A stretch of 42,868 nucleotides of DNA from a virus (lineage: Duplodnaviria; Heunggongvirae; Uroviricota; Caudoviricetes): the IMG/VR virus record IMGVR_UViG_3300030019_000007. One strand, given 5' to 3'. The notes under the pieces are model-generated. The model searched no databases and was not told the origin of the DNA. It worked only from the letters and a program-made list of their open reading frames with translations. This document shows positions 7,709-15,446 of the stretch, piece by piece (position 1 is the first letter of the stretch; each line of letters opens with the position of its first letter). A program made the position numbers and the translations under genes.

Positions 7709-7900
7709 ATGAAAAGGAGTGAGGATCTGGTAAAAAAAAGAAGGACCTTCATTGATGACTATATGTATAAGAATTATGATAAATCAATCAAATACAATGT
7801 ATTGACTTTATCAAATGACATCCTATTTATCAGTCCTTCAACTGTCTGGAAAGATATTTATGTATTAAAACACATAAAAAATCCCTGGACCAAGATATAA
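7709..7900 (+). CDS. small hypothetical protein, possible HTH
   Basis: LFISPSTVWKD recognition-helix-like segment. Confidence 0.45.
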   Translation: MKRSEDLVKKRRTFIDDYMYKNYDKSIKYNVLTLSNDILFISPSTVWKDIYVLKHIKNPWTKI

Positions 7901-7915
7901 AGAAAGTCTTATCAA

Positions 7916-7948
7916 AAAGCCTAACCTCTAAACAGTTAGGCTTTCTTT
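7916..7948 (+). terminator. intrinsic terminator
   Basis: AAAGCCTAAC-loop-GTTAGGCTTT followed by T-rich tail. Confidence 0.65.
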
Positions 7949-7962
7949 ATTTAATCACACCT

Positions 7963-8145
7963 ATGAATTATAATGAATTATTTAACCACGTAATATATCA
8001 GCGTTCCTATTTCCTCTTTTGGAACCCTGTAGTTAATAAAACTTTAGGGACAAACGATCAAGTTATGCTGGGTGATATAAATCGTGCCAGATTATTACTA
8101 GCTATGCTAGAAGAAATTAACAAACACCCAATAAAAGATCGATGA
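7963..8145 (+). CDS. hypothetical protein
   Basis: ORF track; ATGA overlap with next gene. Confidence 0.6.
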   Translation: MNYNELFNHVIYQRSYFLFWNPVVNKTLGTNDQVMLGDINRARLLLAMLEEINKHPIKDR

Positions 8146-8483
8146 TCGAACAAAAAATATCCTTTGAAGTATCTAAATTAGCTAAAGAAAAAGGATTCAT
8201 ATCAGGATGGATTGATGTATTTATGTCTCATTATAATGAGGATGGTCAGTTAACTAACCGTCCTGGAGAAGAAATTTATGAAGCTCCGACTCAATCCTTT
8301 TTACAAAAATGGATCAGAGAAACCCATAATTTGGATGTCATTATAGCTAGTAACTTAATAGGTTATGCTTATCTGATATACCAAAGGTATCCTCCCAAAA
8401 ATTTTACCAATAAAAACGTATATCAAACATACGAAGAAGCTTTAGAAGAAGGATTATTAGAATCCTTGCAATTAATAAAATGA
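8142..8483 (+). CDS. hypothetical protein
   Basis: ORF track; coupled on both sides. Confidence 0.7.
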   Translation: MIEQKISFEVSKLAKEKGFISGWIDVFMSHYNEDGQLTNRPGEEIYEAPTQSFLQKWIRETHNLDVIIASNLIGYAYLIYQRYPPKNFTNKNVYQTYEEALEEGLLESLQLIK

Positions 8484-9841
8484 AATTAGAAGCACCACAA
8501 AATTTAAATTACTGTGCTACAATAGTCGAAATTAAAAATCTTATCCCTTTAGAAACCTGTGACAATGTTGTGGGTACTTCTATTATGGGTAACCATGTTA
8601 TTGTAGGCAAAGACATTAAAGTTGGGGATATTGGATTATATTTTCCAGTTGAAACCAAACTTTCAGAAAAGTATCTAAGTAGTAATAATCTATATAAAGA
8701 TTTTACTCTTAATGCTGATCAAAAACAAAAAGGCTATTTTGAAATAAATGGCAGAATTCGTTGTGTAAAATTTAGAGGTCATGCCTCTGAGGGATTATTT
8801 ATGCCACTAAGTAGTTTAACTTCTCTTGTTTCTAAATCAATGTATACTCTTTTAAAATTAGGAGATTCATTTGATGTATTAGAAGAAATAAAAATTTGTG
8901 AAAAATATATCCCAAAATCAACTAAGCAACCTAATAACCAAGGACCTGGTAAAAAAGGAAAAGGTAGGATTGCTAGAGAATCAAAACTTATTGAGAATCA
9001 ATTTAGATTTCATGATGATACATCACAGTTGTATCGTAATCTTCATATGATTCACCCAGAGGATCTTATTTCAATTACTTATAAGATTCATGGTACTTCA
9101 TTTATTGTAAGTAATATACTATGTAAAAAACCAGTAAAATGGTATGAACGTGCACTTATTAAGCTAGGAATCAATGTTGTGAATACTATGTATGATAATG
9201 TATATTCTTCTCGTAAAGTAATTAAAAATGAAGATTTAAATCCTAATGCTCAACACTATTACAGTGAAGATATCTGGGGTATAGCTAATGCTGAAGTTAA
9301 AGAATTCCTGTCAGAAGGAATGACTATATATGGTGAAGTTGCTGGATTTCTCCCAGGAGGAGGCTACATTCAAAATGGTTTTGACTTTGGTTGTAAACCA
9401 GGTGAACATAAAATATTTGTTTACAGAATTACTTATACTAATCCACAAGGAAAAGTATTTGAATTCTCTATGAAACAAGTGCAAGAATGGTGTAAATCTA
9501 AAGGGTTAACTCCAGTTCCTCTATTATTTTATGGTACTGTAGATGAATTTATGAGAGAATATTTTGAATTACAATTTGTTACAAAAGATTTTGGAGCTAA
9601 TAAAATTACAGCTTATGTTCCCAAAGAATTTAATCCAGAAGATTTCTTAGCTTTAGTAAAGAAAAAATATAACGAAAAGGATTGCTATATCTGTAAAAAT
9701 CCTAAAACTCCTGAAGAAGGAGCAGTAATTCGTATTGAAAAGAATGAACTCCAAGCCTATAAATGTAAGAGCACCAGGTTTCTTGAAAAAGAAACAAAGG
9801 AATTAGATAAAGGTGAGGCCGATATAGAATCCGAAAATTAA
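8480..9841 (+). CDS. ATP-dependent RNA ligase with N-terminal OB/tRNA-binding-like domain (DRB0094/Rnl2-like)
   Basis: Motif I KIHGTS, IYGE, EGAVIR, YKCKS; N-terminal KFRG..SEGL. Confidence 0.85.
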   Translation: MKLEAPQNLNYCATIVEIKNLIPLETCDNVVGTSIMGNHVIVGKDIKVGDIGLYFPVETKLSEKYLSSNNLYKDFTLNADQKQKGYFEINGRIRCVKFRGHASEGLFMPLSSLTSLVSKSMYTLLKLGDSFDVLEEIKICEKYIPKSTKQPNNQGPGKKGKGRIARESKLIENQFRFHDDTSQLYRNLHMIHPEDLISITYKIHGTSFIVSNILCKKPVKWYERALIKLGINVVNTMYDNVYSSRKVIKNEDLNPNAQHYYSEDIWGIANAEVKEFLSEGMTIYGEVAGFLPGGGYIQNGFDFGCKPGEHKIFVYRITYTNPQGKVFEFSMKQVQEWCKSKGLTPVPLLFYGTVDEFMREYFELQFVTKDFGANKITAYVPKEFNPEDFLALVKKKYNEKDCYICKNPKTPEEGAVIRIEKNELQAYKCKSTRFLEKETKELDKGEADIESEN

Positions 9842-9858
9842 TTTAATAAAAAAGTAAA

Positions 9859-10104
9859 ATGTTCAAAAGATTATTAGCTTTCTTTGGCTTTAAGCCATCA
9901 TTTACGAAAAGAGTTGCCGTTACTCTCGGAACTTTTCATGCCGCTAAGGAAAACTTAGTGAATATCAATGAAGAATTGGCTGCTCATTTAACAGCTAATG
10001 AAGCAAAAATTGCCGCTTTAACAGCCCAAAATGCCCTTCACACTGATTTGGCTACTCAAAATGGAAATGTTATTGCAAATATTAATGCTTTATTAAATAA
10101 GTAA
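9859..10104 (+). CDS. hypothetical coiled-coil protein
   Basis: ORF track. Confidence 0.65.
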   Translation: MFKRLLAFFGFKPSFTKRVAVTLGTFHAAKENLVNINEELAAHLTANEAKIAALTAQNALHTDLATQNGNVIANINALLNK

Positions 10105-10109
10105 TTCCG

Positions 10110-10520
10110 ATGAAATTACTTGTATTATGTGGAATCCCTGGATCTGGCAAAACGACCTTTTCCAGGGATTTTCTTAAAGGTAAAACAGATTGGGTAAGAG
10201 TATCAAGAGATGATTTGCGCAGTATGCGTGGGGATTATTGGATCCCAAAACAAGAAGAATTTATTACTGAAATGGAAAATTCCATGGTAGATTATGCATT
10301 AAGTTGGCAACTTAATGTAATAGTAGATGCTACTAATCTACACCCAAAAGTTATAGCAAAATGGAAAGCTGCAGCTGCTGTTTGGGGTGCTGAATTTGAA
10401 ATTAAAAAATTTGATATTGCTTTAGAAGAAGCAATTAAAAGGAATGCTTTACGTCCTAATCCTGTTGGAGATGTAGTTATTACAAGTTTTTATAATAAAT
10501 ATATTCGTCATGAATTATAG
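10110..10520 (+). CDS. polynucleotide 5'-kinase (T4 PNK kinase-domain-like)
   Basis: GIPGSGKTT, SRDDLR, VIVDATN, RNALR. Confidence 0.85.
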   Translation: MKLLVLCGIPGSGKTTFSRDFLKGKTDWVRVSRDDLRSMRGDYWIPKQEEFITEMENSMVDYALSWQLNVIVDATNLHPKVIAKWKAAAAVWGAEFEIKKFDIALEEAIKRNALRPNPVGDVVITSFYNKYIRHEL

Positions 10521-11208
10521 TATTATCAAAAACCCAAAAGAATTAAATAAATTTATAGAATGGCTCCCAGAATTAAATCCTGGCGAAACATACTATTTTT
10601 GTTTATTTGCTCGTAGCAAATATTGTAAAAATATTGGATTGAAATCAAGTCAACAGCTTGTAAGATTTACAGCTCCTAAGAAGAACTTATTCAGTAGAAT
10701 AAAACAACTCGAATGCGAAGTTGGAAGTTATCTACAAAGTGATATAAGTATTCCTCAGGAAGCTTTAGCTTTATATATGTTACCAAATCCTAGAAGTTTT
10801 GAAAAAGCTGCTAAAAAAGGATTAATTACTTTAGCTACTTTAATTACAGAACCTTACTTTGGATATGATCCACGTAGTAAGATGATGTCTGAGATTCAAA
10901 GAGCTTGGAGTAGAAAACCGTTTCTAGATATAGATTTTGATAATGAAACTGATTGGGATTCACCAGAATATGCTGAGAGCAAAAGGGAAGAAATTTTAGA
11001 ATTTATTAATCTTGAAGCTATTACTCAAATTATTACTAAAGGAGGATTTCATTTATTAGTTGAAATGAGCAAAATTGAACCTAAATATATAAAAACTTGG
11101 TACAAGAATATTACTTCATTACAAGGAGTAGATATTCAGGGAGATAATATGATACCTATTCCTGGTTGTACTCAAGGAAACTTTTCACCTATTTTAGTAA
11201 AACAATGA
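10510..11208 (+). CDS. AEP/primase-polymerase-like protein
   Basis: hhDxDxD (FLDIDFD), TKGGFH and distal D motifs in AEP order. Confidence 0.55.
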   Translation: MNYSIIKNPKELNKFIEWLPELNPGETYYFCLFARSKYCKNIGLKSSQQLVRFTAPKKNLFSRIKQLECEVGSYLQSDISIPQEALALYMLPNPRSFEKAAKKGLITLATLITEPYFGYDPRSKMMSEIQRAWSRKPFLDIDFDNETDWDSPEYAESKREEILEFINLEAITQIITKGGFHLLVEMSKIEPKYIKTWYKNITSLQGVDIQGDNMIPIPGCTQGNFSPILVKQ

Positions 11209-11444
11209 AAGAAAAATTTATAGCATTCCTAAAAGAAAAAGGAGTGTACGATCAATTTGTAACAAATCTAGATATGGGCTTAACCCTTGATGAATATTTT
11301 CACGACACAGAAGAGACAGTCAAAGAAGAAGATGATGAAGATTTGTACAAAGAACTTATTTCTGGAGCATTTACTTGGTCTAATTCTCCAGAAGACCATG
11401 ATTTCTGGTCTAAAATAAGCAGGCAATGGAAAAAATCCCTTTAA
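11205..11444 (+). CDS. hypothetical protein
   Basis: ATGA overlap start at 11205. Confidence 0.65.
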   Translation: MKEKFIAFLKEKGVYDQFVTNLDMGLTLDEYFHDTEETVKEEDDEDLYKELISGAFTWSNSPEDHDFWSKISRQWKKSL

Positions 11445-11450
11445 AAATAT

Positions 11451-11572
11451 AATATCTCACCAATACCCATTAAGATCGTCTTTAGTTAGAACTTGAAAAA
11501 CTTGTATGAAAAAAGGATTGTAATAGCCAAGTTTTTACTCAAATATAACAAGAATCCTTGCGGTGAGATATT
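11451..11572 (+). ncRNA. putative structured RNA with pseudoknot
   Basis: 11-bp closing stem AATATCTCACC/GGTGAGATATT, inner 9-bp stem, AAGGATT/AATCCTT cross-pairing. Confidence 0.5.
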
Positions 11573-11579
11573 TTAAAAT

Positions 11580-11653
11580 GCGTAGATAAGTTCAATGGTT
11601 AGACGGGAAGCCTTATATGCTTCAGGTTGGGGGTTCAAGTCCCTCTCTACGTA
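11580..11653 (+). tRNA. tRNA-Ile (TAT)
   Basis: GCGTAGA/TCTACGT, GAAGC-CT TAT AT-GCTTC. Confidence 0.85.
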
Positions 11654-11656
11654 CTA

Positions 11657-11740
11657 GGGAATAGTCCAAATTGCGGAACGATAATGAAGAATGAGTCGCG
11701 CTCATTGATAATTATATAGTACAATAAAGTAGATTATTCT
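11657..11740 (+). ncRNA. possible structured RNA
   Basis: GGGAATAGTC/GATTATTCTC closing stem with internal AATGAG/CTCATT hairpin. Confidence 0.3.
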
Positions 11741-11782
11741 CTTAAATCAAAAATCAATTACTCATATATAATAGAAAACTTA

Positions 11783-11956
11783 ATGAAAGTATTTATTTTT
11801 TGCACAATCGGTGGAAGAAAAATGTTAAAACTTGCTCCTCTAGAAGAACAAAATGCTATGATTACAAAAGTAGCTAGGGAACGAATGACTAATAAATTTG
11901 GTCCTAGAATTGTGTTAGCCGACACATTAGAACACGCTAGAAATTTAATCGCTTAA
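11783..11956 (+). CDS. 57-aa hypothetical protein
   Basis: Translated by eye (MKVFIFCTIGG...). Confidence 0.5.
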   Translation: MKVFIFCTIGGRKMLKLAPLEEQNAMITKVARERMTNKFGPRIVLADTLEHARNLIA

Positions 11957-11965
11957 TATACCATC

Positions 11966-12127
11966 ATGGAATTTTTTTGGATCATTTTGTGTGTACTTGT
12001 TGGATTTGCAGGCAGTACTAAGAAAATAGGCCCTTGGTGGGCATTTGTTATATCATTTATATTTAGCCCATTAGTCGGAATAATTATAGTACTTCTTAGT
12101 CCTCCTAAAAAAGAAGATTTATTTTAA
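11966..12127 (+). CDS. 53-aa small membrane protein
   Basis: MEFFWIILCVLVG...FSPLVGIIIVLLS, two hydrophobic segments. Confidence 0.6.
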   Translation: MEFFWIILCVLVGFAGSTKKIGPWWAFVISFIFSPLVGIIIVLLSPPKKEDLF

Positions 12128-12135
12128 ATAAAACA

Positions 12136-12167
12136 TTTGTATATATTAATTAATTAATGTATCTTTG
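12136..12167 (+). promoter_or_regulatory. Bacteroidota promoter
   Basis: TTTG + 20 nt + TATCTTTG. Confidence 0.75.
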
Positions 12168-12190
12168 CAGTCTTATTAAAAATAAATATT

Positions 12191-12342
12191 ATGAAAAAGT
12201 CATCTATATTTAATCATGCCCGCTTTAGTAGTATCATTACATGGAATTGTAATGCAGCTTCTTTGTGTCCCATAATTACTTAGGTGAATATATATCAAAC
12301 AAAAATATATTTAATGCCTGGAGTAATTTCCAGGCATTTTTT
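12191..12342 (+). promoter_or_regulatory. putative leader peptide (30 aa, TAG stop) plus terminator (attenuator-like)
   Basis: MKKSSIFNHARFSSIITWNCNAASLCPIIT* then AATGCCTGGA/TCCAGGCATT-TTTT immediately before tRNA-Trp. Confidence 0.5.
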
Positions 12343-12350
12343 ATTTATAC

Positions 12351-12422
12351 GCGTATGTACTCAATTGGTACGAGGATGCTCTCCAAAAGCATTAGATGTT
12401 GGTTCGAACCCAGCCATGCGCG
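12351..12422 (+). tRNA. tRNA-Trp (CCA)
   Basis: ATGCT-CT CCA AA-AGCAT, G73. Confidence 0.88.
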
Positions 12423-12435
12423 CTAAAAAATTAAT

Positions 12436-12531
12436 ATGAAAACTGTAAAATGTGCTAGTTGTGGCCAACATTACCAAGGGTTATTTTGCCCAAAATGCAA
12501 TAGTGTAATTAGTATTGAAGTTAAAAACTAG
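12436..12531 (+). CDS. 31-aa Zn-ribbon microprotein
   Basis: MKTVKCASCGQHYQGLFCPKCNS..., two CxxC. Confidence 0.45.
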   Translation: MKTVKCASCGQHYQGLFCPKCNSVISIEVKN

Positions 12532-12615
12532 GAAAGATGCCAGAGTGCTCTATTGGAGCTCCCTGCTAAGGAGTTGGCTGTAAAAGGTCCAAGGGTTGGA
12601 ATCCCTTTCTTTCCT
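12531..12615 (+). tRNA. tRNA-Ser (GCT)
   Basis: GGAAAGA/TCTTTCC, GCTCC-CT GCT AA-GGAGT, V-arm. Confidence 0.88.
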
Positions 12616-12718
12616 CTAATTAAAATAATATGATAATAGCAGGAATGTTTGTACTATGGATTTGTTTAAGTTGTATAGTAGCTTATTTAGTAGCTAAATT
12701 TGAAAAACATTAAAAAAT

Positions 12719-12742
12719 AGGGATTTAGCTCAGTTGGTTAGA
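12719..12742 (+). pseudogene. 5' tRNA fragment (acceptor strand plus D-arm)
   Basis: AGGGATTTAGCTCAGTTGGTTAGA, truncated by an inverted repeat and HNH cassette. Confidence 0.55.
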
Positions 12743-12745
12743 TCC

Positions 12746-12788
12746 TTATAATAACTGATAAATTATTTTGATTTATCAGTTATTATAA
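12746..12788. repeat. perfect 18-bp inverted repeat overlapping the HNH promoter
   Basis: TTATAATAACTGATAAAT-tattttg-ATTTATCAGTTATTATAA; -7 box TATTTTTG at 12790. Confidence 0.8.
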
Positions 12789-12801
12789 CTATTTTTGTAC
12801 T

Positions 12802-13230
12802 ATGAAAATATGTACAAAATGCCATCAAGATAAGGAATTATCAGAATTTGCTTTTAGAAACATAGCTAAAGGCATTCTTCAGCCTGTTTGTAGAGCATGC
12901 AAAAAAGAGTTAGATAAAGAAGACTATAAACGGGAAGGTCGTAAAATTTCTGTTAGAAAAGCACAAAAAGTTAGTCATGCAAAGATTGTAAAATATTTTA
13001 CAGACTATAAAAAATTACAAATTTGTTCTGAATGTGGAGATTCTCGTCATTATGTTTTAGAATTTCATCATATTAACGATGATAAATTATATAATATAGG
13101 TGATATGATTAGAGGAGGTTTTGCTATAAAAACTATTCAAAAAGAGATTGACAAATGTATTGTTTTATGTGCAAATTGCCACAGAGAACTTCATTACAAT
13201 GAAAAACTGGTGGATAACCAGGATGCCTGA
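12802..13230 (+). CDS. HNH homing endonuclease
   Basis: CTKC..CRAC Zn finger; CSEC...LEFHH...KCIVLCANCHRELH. Confidence 0.9.
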   Translation: MKICTKCHQDKELSEFAFRNIAKGILQPVCRACKKELDKEDYKREGRKISVRKAQKVSHAKIVKYFTDYKKLQICSECGDSRHYVLEFHHINDDKLYNIGDMIRGGFAIKTIQKEIDKCIVLCANCHRELHYNEKLVDNQDA

Positions 13231-13284
13231 TACGCATTACTAAGGTAGCGGTTGAAAATGTGGGTCCGAATCCCATTCCACCAA
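13208..13284 (+). tRNA. re-wired tRNA-Ile(GAT)-like element lacking a conventional D-arm
   Basis: Perfect TGGTGGA/TCCACCA acceptor, GATGC-CT GAT AC-GCATT, GTGGG-TCCGAAT-CCCAT. Confidence 0.6.
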
Positions 13285-13285
13285 C

Positions 13286-13409
13286 TAGAATAAGCTTACG
13301 CAATTACACTATGTTTCCGCGTAGTTAGTTGAGTAGCATCGGAATTATTCTAATAAATAGGTGGGTGCTCGGATGGAGCATTCAAGTAATCTCTCACAAG
13401 AGTCCTATT
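13286..13409 (+). ncRNA. two possible small structured RNAs
   Basis: TAGAATAA/TTATTCTA-enclosed element and AATAGG/CCTATT three-way junction. Confidence 0.35.
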
Positions 13410-13413
13410 ATAT

Positions 13414-13486
13414 GGATTTTAAGCTAATCTGGTGAAAGCGTATGTTTGAAGAACATAAGAGGTTGGATCGAAACCAACAAAATCCA
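13414..13486 (+). tRNA. tRNA-Phe (GAA)
   Basis: GGATTTT/AAAATCC, TATGT-TT GAA GA-ACATA. Confidence 0.88.
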
Positions 13487-13501
13487 CAAAAAATTTAAAT
13501 T

Positions 13502-13879
13502 ATGGAAACAGCAGTATTTGTATTCATCCAAGATGAACAAGGTCGTGTTCTTTGTGTTACAAGACCTATTGAAAAAGCTAAATATGAAGGAGACTTTGGT
13601 TTACCCGGAGGCATAGTTGAGGAAGGTGAGACTTTAATCGATGCTATGTGGAGAGAAGCTTTTGAAGAAGGGATTGATGTTGAATTTGTTAATCCAGCTT
13701 TTATTCAAGCTATTCATTATCCTGAAAAAGATCTTAAAGTATTTTGGTTTTTAGGTAAAGGAAAATTTACTCCTGGAGATTACCCAGAAAAAGAGAGAAT
13801 ATCTCAAGTATATAAAACAATGGAAGAGTTAAGTTTAACTACTTCTGGAAATAAAAGTGTAACTTTACTAATACCTTAA
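13502..13879 (+). CDS. Nudix hydrolase
   Basis: Nudix box GGIVEEGETLIDAMWREAFEEG. Confidence 0.85.
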   Translation: METAVFVFIQDEQGRVLCVTRPIEKAKYEGDFGLPGGIVEEGETLIDAMWREAFEEGIDVEFVNPAFIQAIHYPEKDLKVFWFLGKGKFTPGDYPEKERISQVYKTMEELSLTTSGNKSVTLLIP

Positions 13880-13883
13880 AACT

Positions 13884-14615
13884 ATGTTCAAATTTTATGA
13901 AGTAGGTGGAAAAGTAAGGGATGAACTTCTCGGATTCAAATCAAATGATGTTGATTATACTGTAGTTCCTAGTGAAATGTTACTACGCGATTATACCGAA
14001 GCATCTGATATGTTTATGGTTTTGGATGATTATCTAACTGCTGAAAAATTTGAAATCTTTTTAAGAACTCCGGAGAATTACACAATTAGAGCAATGTTTC
14101 CAAAAGATCATAAATATCAAGGCGTTGCTGATTTTGTAATGGCAAGAAAAGAAATTGGATATATCCCAGGAACAAGAACTCCAATTGTTAAACCAGGCAC
14201 TCTTTATGATGATCTAGAAAGACGAGATTTTACAGTAAATGCAATGGCAAGAAATGATGATGGGACAATCATCGATTACTTTAATGGTATGGAAGCTTTA
14301 AGAGCTAAAGTTCTTATAACTCCATTAGATTGTAAAGTAACTTTTGATGATGACCCACTTAGGATTTTAAGAGCCATTAGATTTGCCATCACTAAAGACT
14401 TTACAATTCCTGATGAAATGTGGAATGAAATTTATCATTATGACTATGCAAGTAAAATGCCTGTAGTTTCTACAGAAAGAATTCGAGAAGAATTGTACAA
14501 ATGTTTTAAATATAACACAATGGAAACATTTGAAAAATTAAGACAATTTTCTACACTTAGAAGTTATATTTTTGGAAAAACAAAACTTTGGTTAAAACCA
14601 ACTTTAGAATTATAA
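13884..14615 (+). CDS. cca: tRNA nucleotidyltransferase (CCA-adding/poly(A) polymerase head domain)
   Basis: VGGKVRD...DVD, DLERRDFTVNAMA, DDPLRILRAIRF, STERIREE. Confidence 0.9.
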   Translation: MFKFYEVGGKVRDELLGFKSNDVDYTVVPSEMLLRDYTEASDMFMVLDDYLTAEKFEIFLRTPENYTIRAMFPKDHKYQGVADFVMARKEIGYIPGTRTPIVKPGTLYDDLERRDFTVNAMARNDDGTIIDYFNGMEALRAKVLITPLDCKVTFDDDPLRILRAIRFAITKDFTIPDEMWNEIYHYDYASKMPVVSTERIREELYKCFKYNTMETFEKLRQFSTLRSYIFGKTKLWLKPTLEL

Positions 14616-14626
14616 AATAAATAAAT

Positions 14627-15289
14627 ATGAAAAAAGGATTAACACTTTTAGTGTTTGTGATGGACCGCAGTGGGTCAATGGCAAGTATTATCACTGATAG
14701 TATTGGTGGGTTCAACACCTTAATTGAACAACAAAAAGCAGACTGTCTTGAAAAAGGTAATACTGCAAAAGTAACTATAGTTAAATTTAACAGTTCTGTT
14801 GAATCTATCTGCAATTACGAGGATATTAGTAAAGTAACTCCTCTTACAGGAAACACTTTTTACGCAAGTGGCGGAACTTCTTTAATTGACGCTGTATGTG
14901 CTACTATCGTAAACACAGGTCATACATTATCAGAATTATCTGAGGAAGAACGTCCGGAGAAAGTATTGTTTACTATCATAACTGATGGAGAAGAAAATAC
15001 TTCCAGAGAATACACTCTTGAAAAATTGAAAGAAATGATTAGCGAACAAGAAAAGAAATATAATTGGACCTTTAGTTTTATTGGTGCAAATATTGATTCT
15101 TTTGGTACTGCTAATAATATTGGTTTCTCAAATAGCCGTGGAGTAGCTAATTATCAAGCTAATTCACGAGGAGTTAAAGCAATGTTTAGAGGTGTAAGCA
15201 ACTATACTATGAACTTAAAGAACTCTGCTGTTGGTGATACCAGCTTTATGAGTGTAGAAGCAGAAATTTCGGCTGAAGAGAAGAAATAA
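14627..15289 (+). CDS. vWA-domain protein
   Basis: MIDAS DRSGSM, GGTSLIDA, ITDGEEN. Confidence 0.88.
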   Translation: MKKGLTLLVFVMDRSGSMASIITDSIGGFNTLIEQQKADCLEKGNTAKVTIVKFNSSVESICNYEDISKVTPLTGNTFYASGGTSLIDAVCATIVNTGHTLSELSEEERPEKVLFTIITDGEENTSREYTLEKLKEMISEQEKKYNWTFSFIGANIDSFGTANNIGFSNSRGVANYQANSRGVKAMFRGVSNYTMNLKNSAVGDTSFMSVEAEISAEEKK

Positions 15290-15296
15290 GGAATAA

Positions 15297-15371
15297 GCTA
15301 CCGTGGTCGAGTGGTCAAAGGCAACAGACTGCAACTCTGTACAATCGTTGGTCCAAATCCAACCGGTAGCT
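15297..15371 (+). tRNA. tRNA-Cys (GCA)
   Basis: ACAGA-CT GCA AC-TCTGT, U73. Confidence 0.9.
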
Positions 15372-15446
15372 CTAATATTTTTATTCGAACTTGTTTTATT
15401 AAAATTTTATTAGTACCTTTACGGTTCAAATAAAATTTTAATAAAA

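Noticed and set aside
12719-13284. Single tRNA-Ile split by an HNH-containing group I intron
   Set aside because: The 5' fragment AGGGATT does not pair with the downstream acceptor strand, which has its own perfect partner; no intron core visible
11654-13409. tRNA-associated HDV-like (theta) or hammerhead ribozymes
   Set aside because: I could not identify the nested double pseudoknot or CTGATGA/GAAA cores by eye; a motif search is still worthwhile
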